Shown piece after piece: positions 1-7,793 of a stretch of DNA of 64,000 bases (position 1 is the first letter of the stretch; each line of letters starts with the position of its first letter). The stretch comes from Actinomycetales bacterium (GTDB lineage: Bacteria; Actinomycetota; Actinomycetes; Actinomycetales; Dermatophilaceae). Position numbers and translations under genes: made by a program. Below the pieces are notes generated by a model. It made no database searches and had not been told where the DNA came from. It worked only from the letters and a program-made list of their open reading frames with translations. The stretch spans positions 5,240 to 69,239 of the forward strand of contig JBBRZV010000008.1 in assembly GCA_038236365.1 (NCBI GenBank). The letters run 5' to 3'.

Positions 1-495
1 GTCGGGGACAAGACCGAATACTTCTTCAGCAATGACGAAGTGTTCAAGACTGGGTTCGAGGCGACACTGCGCAACGCCTACTCCAGCTTGTTCGAAGAGA
101 TGGGCGACGAAGCCCTGGGCGCAGGGAAGGACGACTTAGCCCACTGGTTCCGCGGGTCCGACAAGACCTCGGACCTGGTCGGGCAGCGCCAGGCAAACAC
201 GTTCCAGACCCTCGCCAAGGTGTCCGGGCACGGCGAACTTCCTGCCGTTCGCGCCAATGGGGCGGCCAAGAAGACCGCCATGCCACCCGGGACGGCTGCG
301 GCGGCCAAGAAGACCACGGCCAAGAAGACCGCGATGAAGGCCACCGACACGTCTGGTGGCGGCGGCGGGGTCCATGTCAACAATGGACCGGACGTGGGGC
401 TGACCGTGCGCATCGAGGTCAACCTGCCGCCGGGCGGCGACGCCGACACGTACGACGCGATCTTTGCGAGCATCAAGAAGCACCTGATGTCGTGA
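1..495 (+). CDS. DUF5343-like protein, 5'-truncated by the window edge
   Basis: Frame 1 is open from base 1 (VGDKTEYFFSNDEVFKTGFEATLRNAYSSLFEE...TFQTLAKVSG). It has an AKKT-rich linker encoded by 3x ggccaagaagacc (about 264-330). The C-terminal tail is LTVRIEVNLPPGGDADTYDAIFASIKKHL. The family call is from memory of the motif pattern. The stop overlaps the next start (GTGA at 492-495). Confidence 0.5.
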   Translation, partial: VGDKTEYFFSNDEVFKTGFEATLRNAYSSLFEEMGDEALGAGKDDLAHWFRGSDKTSDLVGQRQANTFQTLAKVSGHGELPAVRANGAAKKTAMPPGTAAAAKKTTAKKTAMKATDTSGGGGGVHVNNGPDVGLTVRIEVNLPPGGDADTYDAIFASIKKHLMS

Positions 496-1007
496 GCGGG
501 CTGCTGGACCGCTTCGAGCGCATCGCGCGGTCTGTCGGCGCCGAGCAACAGGCCGAGGCTCCAGTGGGTTCCCCGTCTCTTGCCGACTTCTTCGCCGAGC
601 GCGATGAGCCGCACCCGTTCGAGTCGCGGAACATCCACCCCGACCTGCCGCCGATGGTGCGGCACCTCTTCGACGACGGGTACTGGGAGCAGTCGGTGTT
701 CGAGGCGTTCAAGTTCATCGATATTGAGGTCAGGCGCCTCAGCGGGCTGAAAGGCAAGACGGGCTACGCCCTCATGATGGACGCCTTCAGCGAGACCAAC
801 CCCAACATCTCACTCAACGCGCTCGGGACACAGTCACAGGTCGATGAGCAGAAGGGCTACAAGTTCATCTTTGCCGGGGCCGCAACGGGGATCCGCAACC
901 CGCGCGGGCATGAGGTTGACATCGGCGACACCCCCGACGAGGCCTTGGACTACCTCGCCCTCGCTTCCCTCTTGATACGCCGCCTGGACGCCGCTGGCCT
1001 GCGCTAA
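492..1007 (+). CDS. Ymh/TIGR02391-like protein with an R-x4-H (HEPN-type) motif
   Basis: 171 aa. The motif GIRNPRGHEV gives R135-x4-H140 (nt 894-911), preceded by conserved-looking FEAFKFIDIEVRRL and YKFIFAGA blocks. It is translationally coupled to the upstream ORF. Confidence 0.6.
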   Translation: MSGLLDRFERIARSVGAEQQAEAPVGSPSLADFFAERDEPHPFESRNIHPDLPPMVRHLFDDGYWEQSVFEAFKFIDIEVRRLSGLKGKTGYALMMDAFSETNPNISLNALGTQSQVDEQKGYKFIFAGAATGIRNPRGHEVDIGDTPDEALDYLALASLLIRRLDAAGLR

Positions 1008-1090
1008 GCCTCCGCTGGTGCGGTTGCTGGGAAGGCGTGCTTCGGGGTCTAGGACAACCCGTTTCGCCGATGTCATGTGATCTTTAAACT

Positions 1091-1240
1091 ATGAACGAAA
1101 CTCTAACGGCGCGTGCGCAGTTGGCTTCTCTCAGCCGCTGGCGGCCGGACGACAAGGCGTCCTTGCAAGCAGCGAGGGATCGCTTGCTCGTCGCCAAGAT
1201 AAGAGCCCTGCTGGCCCCTGCCACCAAGGAGGCGTCGTGA
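1091..1240 (+). CDS. Small hypothetical protein (49 aa), first ORF of a coupled chain
   Basis: ATG at 1091 translates to MNETLTARAQLASLSRWRPDDKASLQAARDRLLVAKIRALLAPATKEAS. It falls below the ORF-track size cutoff. The stop overlaps the next start (GTGA, 1237-1240). It shares an AAR..AKIR..KEA block with the 3680 ORF. Confidence 0.35.
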   Translation: MNETLTARAQLASLSRWRPDDKASLQAARDRLLVAKIRALLAPATKEAS

Positions 1241-1485
1241 CCACCGAGCCGTACCGCTACGCCAGTGGTGACCTCCACGGCGAACCGGACCCCGTCAAGT
1301 ACCCCCCGATCCCCGACCTCGCGATGGCTCCGTCACCGCCGCGAGGTCGGACCGCCAACAACTTCGCCCGGCGCGCCATCCGCGCCAAGACCGACCCTCA
1401 TTGGAGAGAGCGCAGCGCAGAGAGCAAGCGCCTCCTCCTGGCCCTTGACGCCGAAGACGAGCGCCGCCAGCGGGGTGGCAAGTGA
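1237..1485 (+). CDS. Hypothetical protein (82 aa)
   Basis: ORF track. It has 4-nt overlaps with both neighbours (GTGA at both ends). Confidence 0.45.
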   Translation: MTTEPYRYASGDLHGEPDPVKYPPIPDLAMAPSPPRGRTANNFARRAIRAKTDPHWRERSAESKRLLLALDAEDERRQRGGK

Positions 1486-2300
1486 CTACCGCCGCAACGA
1501 CGCTCACCGCGTGTCGCGTCTGTGGCGTGGCCACCGATCAGAACGTCGAGGTGCGGGAAGGCAGAACACCGGCTGGACACCGTGACGCATCCAGCGACTA
1601 CTCGGTCGGTACGTGCGCGACGTGTCAGACGCTGGACACGATCACGCCGGGTGCCGCCGTGAGAGCCTGCCTGCGGCTGCTTGGCAAAGACGAGGCCGTG
1701 TGGCCCGCTTTCTCAAAGGTGTTGGAGGACAGGGAGATCGACGCCGCCGCTGTCCTGTTCGAGGTAACTGGCAACCCGCGTCGCGGCGCTCAGCGAACTG
1801 CCTTCCATCACGTACCAAGGGAGGTCAAGGCCGAACTCCGCCGAGGTTGGGCAGCCGTGTTGGAAGCGAGGGTCGATGCTTCGCTGCCGCCCCTCGCTCC
1901 CACACCGACAGGCCCACCGGAAGGCTCCCCGCCTGCCTGTCTGAGTTGCGGGGCGGCAACCGCCGTGGAGTGGCATGGTCCGCTGCACACGTTCGGCTTG
2001 ATGCGCGGGCCAGATCCCGTCGAGGGCTACGTCTGTCCCGACTGCGCGGTGTCCTTGGAGGCGGTCGGCGCGGTCGGCCAGCCGTTCGTTGAGCGGGCCG
2101 TGATGCAGGCGAAGGGTCTTGACCGGACCCCAAGGGTGCGCGCTTGGGTCGCAACGGGGCTGCCTCCGCAGGACACGCCCTGGGGATGGGTCGACACCGC
2201 AGAGTCCGCGATCACCCTCGACCCTTGGACAGCGATGATGGAGGCGGTCGCCGTGCTGACCGAGCGGGTCGACGGGCTGGAGAGGCGGCTGGACGGGTGA
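1482..2300 (+). CDS. Hypothetical protein with two Cys4 zinc-ribbon-like motifs (272 aa)
   Basis: Cys pairs are CRVC...CATC in the N-terminal part and CLSC...CPDC in the C-terminal part. It is coupled to flanking ORFs by GTGA overlaps. Confidence 0.6.
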   Translation: MTTAATTLTACRVCGVATDQNVEVREGRTPAGHRDASSDYSVGTCATCQTLDTITPGAAVRACLRLLGKDEAVWPAFSKVLEDREIDAAAVLFEVTGNPRRGAQRTAFHHVPREVKAELRRGWAAVLEARVDASLPPLAPTPTGPPEGSPPACLSCGAATAVEWHGPLHTFGLMRGPDPVEGYVCPDCAVSLEAVGAVGQPFVERAVMQAKGLDRTPRVRAWVATGLPPQDTPWGWVDTAESAITLDPWTAMMEAVAVLTERVDGLERRLDG

Positions 2301-2482
2301 GCGAGTTCTGCGGCGACCTGACCTGTGCGGGGCGAATTCAGGTGTTCCTGATGCTCCCCAACGATGCTCAGATCAGCGAGCCCTGCCCGCAGTGCGTGGC
2401 CGCGCTTGCCGACCTGTTGCACGTCGATCACGCCGTGACCATGCGGGAGATCCACCGCGCCGTGACCGTGGGCCAACTTTGA
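2297..2482 (+). CDS. Small Cys-rich hypothetical protein (61 aa)
   Basis: GTG at 2297 overlaps the preceding stop. Translation is VSEFCGDLTCAG...EPCPQCVAALADLL. The ORF-track version (2144) has an unlikely Arg/Gly-rich extension that overlaps the upstream gene. Confidence 0.4.
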   Translation: MSEFCGDLTCAGRIQVFLMLPNDAQISEPCPQCVAALADLLHVDHAVTMREIHRAVTVGQL

Positions 2483-2664
2483 TCGCCGACAAGGAGGTCA
2501 TCACCTTCTTCGAGCCGGGCGCAGCGGACGCGATCCAGCGCTTCATCGCCTGGTCAGGCGAGGACACGGTCTACGACATGGGGCTGATCGACGGGCACCT
2601 CCACCGCTACCGCGTCGATGCGGCGCTTTGGCGTTCGTACGTCAGGGAGCGGACAGCGCGATGA
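2479..2664 (+). CDS. Small hypothetical protein (61 aa)
   Basis: TTG at 2479 overlaps the preceding stop (TTGA). Translation is LIADKEVITFFEPGAADAIQRFIAWSGEDTVYDMGLIDGHLHRYRV. The stop overlaps the next ATG (ATGA). Confidence 0.4.
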   Translation: MIADKEVITFFEPGAADAIQRFIAWSGEDTVYDMGLIDGHLHRYRVDAALWRSYVRERTAR

Positions 2665-3149
2665 GCTCCATGCAGTCTCGCTGCCAGTGCGGGCTCATCG
2701 ACCTCACGGTCAAGATCGCCGAGCATCAAAGCGAGACCGGCCACTTCGACCGCGTAGCGATGTGCGGCAAGGGCCTCCACGAGATGACGCCCGAGAACAC
2801 GGGCATTCAGAGGGACCGAGGGCGCACGTTCTGCAAGGCGTGCAGGCGAATCCGCAGGCATGGCATCAGGGTTGCCGCCGGGAAGTGCCCGGCCGGCCTG
2901 CACTCGTGGGCCAACCCCGACAACGTCTATTCCACCCCAACCGGCCAACGTCGATGTCGCCCTTGCTGGCTCAAGGCGAAAGAGACGCGCGCCAAGGCAG
3001 CGCTGGACGCGGCTGCCCTCGCCGCGACCTACCCCGAGGTCGAGCGGATAGTCACGAGCCTGCCCAGCCGCATCGTCCGGCCGCCCGGCGGGGTGGGCAC
3101 TGAGGCCGACGCGCGCTACCGGCTGGCAATGAGGGTCAGGGGGCTGTAA
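2661..3149 (+). CDS. Zinc-finger protein with HNH-like repeats (162 aa)
   Basis: ATG at 2661 (ATGA overlap). The N-terminus has a C-x-C-x11-H-x5-H motif. Two repeats have the form GLH(E/S)..PEN/PDN...G.R.C..C, reminiscent of actinophage HNH/zinc-binding proteins. Confidence 0.55.
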   Translation: MSSMQSRCQCGLIDLTVKIAEHQSETGHFDRVAMCGKGLHEMTPENTGIQRDRGRTFCKACRRIRRHGIRVAAGKCPAGLHSWANPDNVYSTPTGQRRCRPCWLKAKETRAKAALDAAALAATYPEVERIVTSLPSRIVRPPGGVGTEADARYRLAMRVRGL

Positions 3150-3289
3150 AGAGCGCTGTCCACTCTGGCCCGCTCTCTGCCCATCTCTGGCCGGGTGGCG
3201 TCGGGTGATGCCACCGTCCAGCGGGGTGCGCTGTGGCCCGACTCGTGTGATCTTTGACCTGGGACGCAACATTGCTGTCGCCGTCTCAG

Positions 3290-3319
3290 GCCCCGCCGGG
3301 AATGGATCACCGGCGGGGC
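3290..3319 (+). terminator. GC-rich hairpin downstream of the small-ORF operon
   Basis: gccccgccgg / ccggcggggc forms a 10-bp perfect stem with a 10-nt loop. There is no clear U-tract, so function as a terminator is uncertain. Confidence 0.35.
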
Positions 3320-3679
3320 ATCACTTTGTCCGCGACTCGCCCGAGCGCGGGGAAAAGTTTTCCGCAACTTTCGTCACGCGCCGAGATTCAAACGCGCAGG
3401 TCAGGGGACTGCGGGCTCTTAGCCCCAGTAGTTAGACCGCAGAACGCAGTTCGCGGTCAGAGACCCCTGACGCAGTGGGTAGAATCGATCTTGTGCCACC
3501 CCGACACTGAGGGGGCGGAGTAACTAGGGCCAGCCACGGCCAAAAGTGCGAGGCACCGAAGGCGCTGAGAGCCCAGATCCAGGGCGGTGACCAGCGCCGG
3601 GCGACAGCAGGGCTCGCAAGAGTCGCGGAATGAGGCGTCGGACAGAACCTCCCGTGTCGATCTGACACAAGGAGTTCCG

Positions 3680-3901
3680 ATGCCCAAGCACGATCCCACC
3701 TTGCTGGCTGCCAGCGCCGCCCACGCCCGTGCCGCCCGCACTGGCGACCCAAAGAAGATCAAGGCTGCCCGCACCGCCCTCAACGAGGCCAAGATTCGCT
3801 CGTGGGTTGAGCGGACCTTGAAAGAGGCACCACCCAACCTGTCCCCGGCAACCAAGGCAACGCTCGCAAGGCTGCTCGTGACCACGGACGCTGCCCGATG
3901 A
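3680..3901 (+). CDS. Small hypothetical protein (73 aa), first gene of the replication block
   Basis: ATG at 3680 is preceded by aaggag. Translation is MPKHDPTLL...NEAKIRSWVERTLKEAPPNLSPATKATLARLL. The stop overlaps the next start (ATGA). Confidence 0.5.
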   Translation: MPKHDPTLLAASAAHARAARTGDPKKIKAARTALNEAKIRSWVERTLKEAPPNLSPATKATLARLLVTTDAAR

Positions 3902-4176
3902 GCGCCGCGCCGATGACCCTCGAACTCGCTCCGGGCGTCGACCCGCAGTATCTCGGTTACGCCGTGACCAACCGTGTGACCCGCATTGACGGCTGGACCC
4001 TTTACACGGTTGACGGTGACGAGCCGGGCTGCCGCATCTTGACCGCTGACGGCTCAACGACGCTGCTGGGCTGGCTGCACGGGTCCATGTGCCCGATGAC
4101 TGGCGGCGGCAAGTGCGCTGGCGGGACACCACGAACGGAACCGAGCGGCCAACCAGACCAAGGAGAACGACCGTGA
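3898..4176 (+). CDS. Hypothetical protein (92 aa)
   Basis: ORF track. It is coupled to both neighbours by 4-nt overlaps. Confidence 0.5.
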   Translation: MSAAPMTLELAPGVDPQYLGYAVTNRVTRIDGWTLYTVDGDEPGCRILTADGSTTLLGWLHGSMCPMTGGGKCAGGTPRTEPSGQPDQGERP

Positions 4177-6479
4177 GTAACCCCTACGCCGAGGCTGCGC
4201 CTGGGTACCTGCGACTCGGCCACTCGCCAATCCTCTTGCCCCACAAGAGGAAGAGCCCACCGCCGACCGGCTACACCGGCTACAGCGGCGCGTACGTGAC
4301 GGCCGACGACGTCGAGCGGTGGGCGGAGAAGGGCGGCAACGTCGGCCTGCGCCTGCCCGAGACGGTGATCGGCATTGACGTCGACTGCTACGACGGCAAG
4401 AAGGGTGCCGAGACGATCGCGGAGGCGGAGGCCCGACTGGGCGCGCTGCCCGACAGCCCTGTCATCACGTCCCGCGACGACGGCTCTGGCATCCGGCTGT
4501 TCGGGGTCGAGGCTGGGCGCTGTTGGGCCGACGTCGTTGGGCCGGGCGTGGAGATCATCCACCACGGGCACCGCTTCGCCGTCGCGCCGCCGAGCGTCCA
4601 CCCGGAGGGGCGTGTCTACGGCGGAACGGTGTTGCCCGTGGACGCCCTGCCCGAGCTGCCGGATGCGTGGGTGACGGATCTGGTCCGGGGCAACGCTGCT
4701 GACCGACCCGTCAAGGTCGAGACCGACGTGGAGGCGTGGCTCGACGCGCTGCCTGAGGGCGAGCCGACCGACTACCTGAGGCGGGTTCTCGCCGAGGCCG
4801 ATGACGCCTATCTGCTCGGTGGCTCGCGCCACGGGGTTGCCGCGAAGGCGACGGGCGCGCTGATCCGCGCGGGTGAACGCGGGGAGCCTGGCGTCGCAAC
4901 GGCGCTCGGTATCTGCAAGGAGACGTGGCTGGCTGCGATGGACGGCGACCGCGCGGGGCTGGTCGAGGGTGAGTGGGCACGGATGGTGTCTGGGGCGGTG
5001 GGGCTGGTGCTTGGCAGCCCGACGCAAGGGCCAGAGCAGGACTTTCCGGTGATCCCTGGGCCGACCCCGCCACCTCCGGTCAACAGCGGGACGGGCGGCA
5101 CACCGCCGCTCGCGGTGCGGCTGAGGCAGCGCGTCGAGGCCCACTACGACGTGTTCCCGGCGGGCGACGACGGCCGGATCTTCGTGCAGCCCAAGAAGGG
5201 TGGCCGCGCGGAACTGCTGACGGGCGGGTTCGTCATCCGAGCCAGCCAGGGTGCCGGAACGCAGGCGGGCACGCTCAGCGCCGCCGCGACCGAGGCCGCC
5301 AAGGTGCTTACGGCCCATGCCGAGGTCAAGCCGCCGCGACCGCTTGCACTCCGGGTCCACCCCGCGCCCGACCGCATCGTCCTGGACCTCGCGCAGCGGG
5401 GCAACAGCCGGTGCGTCGTTGTTACCGGAGACGGTTGGACGGTCGAGGACGTGCCGCCCGCCGACGTGCTGTTTCAGTGGCCGGGCAAGCCCTTGCCGGA
5501 CCCTGAGCCCGGTGGTGACGTGGATGAGTTGCGGTTGCTGCTGCGGTGGGCGGAGGACGACCCGCGCTGGGCGCTGATCAAGGGCTGGCTGCCGTGCGCC
5601 CTGCTCGCAGACGTCCCCCGCCCGCTGCTCGGGTTCTTTGGCCCGCAAGGGTCAGCCAAAAGCACGACCGGCCGGTTTGTTGTTGGCGTCCTCGACCCCA
5701 AGCCGAGCGGCGCGCTTGGCAGCGGGTTCGGCAAGAACCGCTCCGACGATGAGACCAAGGCGTTCGCGTCCTACCTCGTCGCGTGGGACAACGTGTCGAA
5801 GGTGTCCAACGAGGGCGCGGACCTGCTGTCCAGGCTTGTCACGGGCGACATGATCGAGAAGCGACGGCTCTACACCGACGCCGAAGTGGCGACGATCGTG
5901 TACCGGCGCACTGGGGTCCTCACTGGGGTCTCGCTGCCGCGCGGGGTCAAGGCCGACACCCTCGACCGCCTGATCCTGATCACGCTGCAGCCGCTGGTCG
6001 AGCGGGCCAGTGAGCGGGCATTGGAGGCCGAGTGGGCGAAGGCGCGCCCGCGCGTCCTCGCCGGGGTCCTTGACCTTGCGGTGCGGATGCTGGCTGGTGA
6101 GCGGGCCAACCCCGACCGACTCCGCATGGCCGACTACGCAGAGGCGTTGTGGGCGATCGACCCGGACCTGTACCGGGCCTACGCCGCAAACGTCCGGGAG
6201 GCCCGAGCGGAGATGGCGAGCGAGGACCCGTTCATCGCCACGCTGCTGGCGTGGCTGGGCGAGGAACCGGGGCAGGAGTGGGAGGGCACCGCCACGGAGG
6301 CCCTGCACGCGGCAGAGTGGCACCACGAGGATCGCGGCTGGTGGCCGTCCAACGGCAAGACGTTCATGGACACCGTCACGGCGAGCCTCGAACTCCTCCA
6401 GGAGGTCGGCGTCACCGTGACCGAGCGCAAGGTGAAAGGTGTGCGGCTGAAGCAGTTCTCGCTCGACCGCCTGCTGTGA
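4173..6479 (+). CDS. Bifunctional DNA primase/polymerase (Prim-Pol) with a C-terminal P-loop NTPase; element replication protein
   Basis: GTG at 4173 overlaps the preceding stop. The N-terminus has GLRLPETVIGIDVDCYDGKKG (DxD) and EIIHHGHRFAVAPPSVHPEG. Walker A is FFGPQGSAKST and Walker-B-like is YLVAWDNVS. Confidence 0.85.
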   Translation: MSNPYAEAAPGYLRLGHSPILLPHKRKSPPPTGYTGYSGAYVTADDVERWAEKGGNVGLRLPETVIGIDVDCYDGKKGAETIAEAEARLGALPDSPVITSRDDGSGIRLFGVEAGRCWADVVGPGVEIIHHGHRFAVAPPSVHPEGRVYGGTVLPVDALPELPDAWVTDLVRGNAADRPVKVETDVEAWLDALPEGEPTDYLRRVLAEADDAYLLGGSRHGVAAKATGALIRAGERGEPGVATALGICKETWLAAMDGDRAGLVEGEWARMVSGAVGLVLGSPTQGPEQDFPVIPGPTPPPPVNSGTGGTPPLAVRLRQRVEAHYDVFPAGDDGRIFVQPKKGGRAELLTGGFVIRASQGAGTQAGTLSAAATEAAKVLTAHAEVKPPRPLALRVHPAPDRIVLDLAQRGNSRCVVVTGDGWTVEDVPPADVLFQWPGKPLPDPEPGGDVDELRLLLRWAEDDPRWALIKGWLPCALLADVPRPLLGFFGPQGSAKSTTGRFVVGVLDPKPSGALGSGFGKNRSDDETKAFASYLVAWDNVSKVSNEGADLLSRLVTGDMIEKRRLYTDAEVATIVYRRTGVLTGVSLPRGVKADTLDRLILITLQPLVERASERALEAEWAKARPRVLAGVLDLAVRMLAGERANPDRLRMADYAEALWAIDPDLYRAYAANVREARAEMASEDPFIATLLAWLGEEPGQEWEGTATEALHAAEWHHEDRGWWPSNGKTFMDTVTASLELLQEVGVTVTERKVKGVRLKQFSLDRLL

Positions 6480-6486
6480 GCCTCGG

Positions 6487-6842
6487 GGTGGCGCACTAGG
6501 GTTTCCTGCGCCACCCCTGCGCCACCTGCGCCACCCTTCCGGTGCCCGCGCGGTGCGCCACGTGCGCCACCCCTGACCTCGGGGTGGCGCAGGGGGTGGC
6601 GCAGGGGTGGCGCGGGCTGGGTTCCTGCGCCACCCCCTGCACACCCGTGTTTGCCAAGGTCAGGGGCAGGTGTTGGGGCGAGGCCGTGCCACAGGTGGCG
6701 CAGGTGGCGCACTGTGCGGGGGGCTTCGGAACGGTCCCACCCTTCTGTTCGAAGCATCATTTTAGAAAAGTAGAAGGAACGAGAGTGGCCACCGTTGGGG
6801 TGCCATCTGACGGTGCCCGCGCGGTGCGCCACCTGCGCCACC
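6487..6842. repeat. Iteron array: 14 copies of GGTGGCGCA/TGCGCCACC in both orientations
   Basis: Forward copies are at 6487, 6583, 6595, 6606 (8/9), 6694 and 6703. Reverse copies are at 6507, 6518, 6527, 6554 (8/9), 6563, 6626, 6825 and 6834. A 35-bp direct repeat occurs at 6540-6574 and 6811-6845 with 1 mismatch. An AT-rich patch (6751-6780) is about 33% GC. Confidence 0.8.
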
Positions 6843-6902
6843 CCGGCGCTTTGGTAGGCCGATGTCGCCGCTGACCGGGAAGCCCGGCAAGGAAACTGTC
6901 GA

Positions 6903-6922
6903 GAGGTGTCAAGAGGTGTCAA
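6903..6922 (+). repeat. Tandem 10-bp repeat gaggtgtcaa x2
   Basis: The repeat is seen directly, just right of the iteron array. Confidence 0.6.
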
Positions 6923-7110
6923 CTCGCGGTTTGCTTCGTGCTCAACGGCGCTCGATCCGTGCTCGAACGGCCGTCTCTCGGTTCGAGGCTCGGCAAAAGG
7001 CTTGCGCCGCTTGGTCTTTTCCTCGCACCCTGGCGCGACCGCGTCCGCGCTCCGCCCGTGCTCAGCGCACCATCAACCGTAGCTGCTGTCACCGTGCCAG
7101 CCATACCGGC

Positions 7111-7158
7111 TGCTCAGTCGTCGGGGAACAACTCCCTGCAGTAGCCGACGACTCAGCA
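7111..7158 (+). promoter_or_regulatory. Long hairpin upstream of the lipoprotein gene
   Basis: tgctcagtcgtcgg / ccgacgactcagca forms a 14-bp stem with 1 mismatch and a 20-nt loop. Confidence 0.4.
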
Positions 7159-7223
7159 TGCTCCGATTCTGCTGGTGTCCGAGCGGTGTAGCCTGCGGCG
7201 CACAACCGCCAAAGGGGGCTTTC

Positions 7224-7793
7224 TTGTTGACGTCACGTTCAGCGCTTGGGTGCCGCTCCCGCCGCGGCAGAGGATCTCTCGTCGCAGCGGGTGTCGCGGT
7301 TGCCCTCGCCGCGTCCGCTTGCGGTACCTCGGCCGGAAGCGGCGCAGCGAAAACGACGCAGACAGCAGTCGTGACCACAACCGCGGCTGCTACCCCAGAG
7401 CCACCGGCTGCAACGACCGATGATTCACAGGTCGCTATGCGCCAAATCCTGAGTGCCGTTTCGACCGCCAAGGCTCAACTTGCCCAGTACCAACAGGACC
7501 TCCATGCCATCTGTCTAGGCTCCGAATCCAAAGGGTGTTGGACTGCTCTCCGCTACTCCAAGACCGTCGGTACCGAGATGATGAACACCCTGGGACCGGT
7601 GCCCCAACGACCAGCCGAAGTGGCTGACCTCTGGGACAGGACCTTTGGGACCGCGGTCGCGCTGATGGCCCTTGGTGATACTTGGTGTGCCTCTGGGCGG
7701 GACTTCAATGGCTGTTACTCCCACGCGTTCGGGACGGTCCAGAGGCTGACTCAGCAATTTGCCGGTTGGGATCCTTACCTCACGCCGGGTTAG
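7224..7793 (+). CDS. Secreted lipoprotein of unknown function
   Basis: TTG at 7224 or 7227 lies after aaggggg. The signal peptide and lipobox read ...VAAGVAVALAASAC-G, followed by a Thr/Ala-rich linker and a Cys-containing C-terminal domain. Confidence 0.6.
   Translation: MLTSRSALGCRSRRGRGSLVAAGVAVALAASACGTSAGSGAAKTTQTAVVTTTAAATPEPPAATTDDSQVAMRQILSAVSTAKAQLAQYQQDLHAICLGSESKGCWTALRYSKTVGTEMMNTLGPVPQRPAEVADLWDRTFGTAVALMALGDTWCASGRDFNGCYSHAFGTVQRLTQQFAGWDPYLTPG

Noticed and set aside
3205-3435. 76-aa ORF in the element spacer as a possible repressor
   Set aside because: Third-position GC is mixed (about 60%), there is no HTH-like segment and it overlaps the hairpin/palindrome structures. I treated the region as non-coding.
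4002-5648. 548-aa minus-strand ORF antisense to the Prim-Pol gene
   Set aside because: It has an Arg/Pro/Gly-rich low-complexity translation typical of shadow frames in high-GC DNA. It is fully nested in a plus-strand ORF with clear Prim-Pol and P-loop motifs.
6487-6842. Possible CRISPR array
   Set aside because: The repeats are only 9 bp, occur in both orientations, have irregular or zero spacing and have no cas genes nearby. They are iterons, not CRISPR.
6179-6922. ORFs across the iteron field (6179-6922 minus strand, 6542-6874 plus strand)
   Set aside because: Their translations are built from the 9-bp repeats (GVAQGVAQGW, ...HLRHL...). The region is better explained as non-coding repeats.
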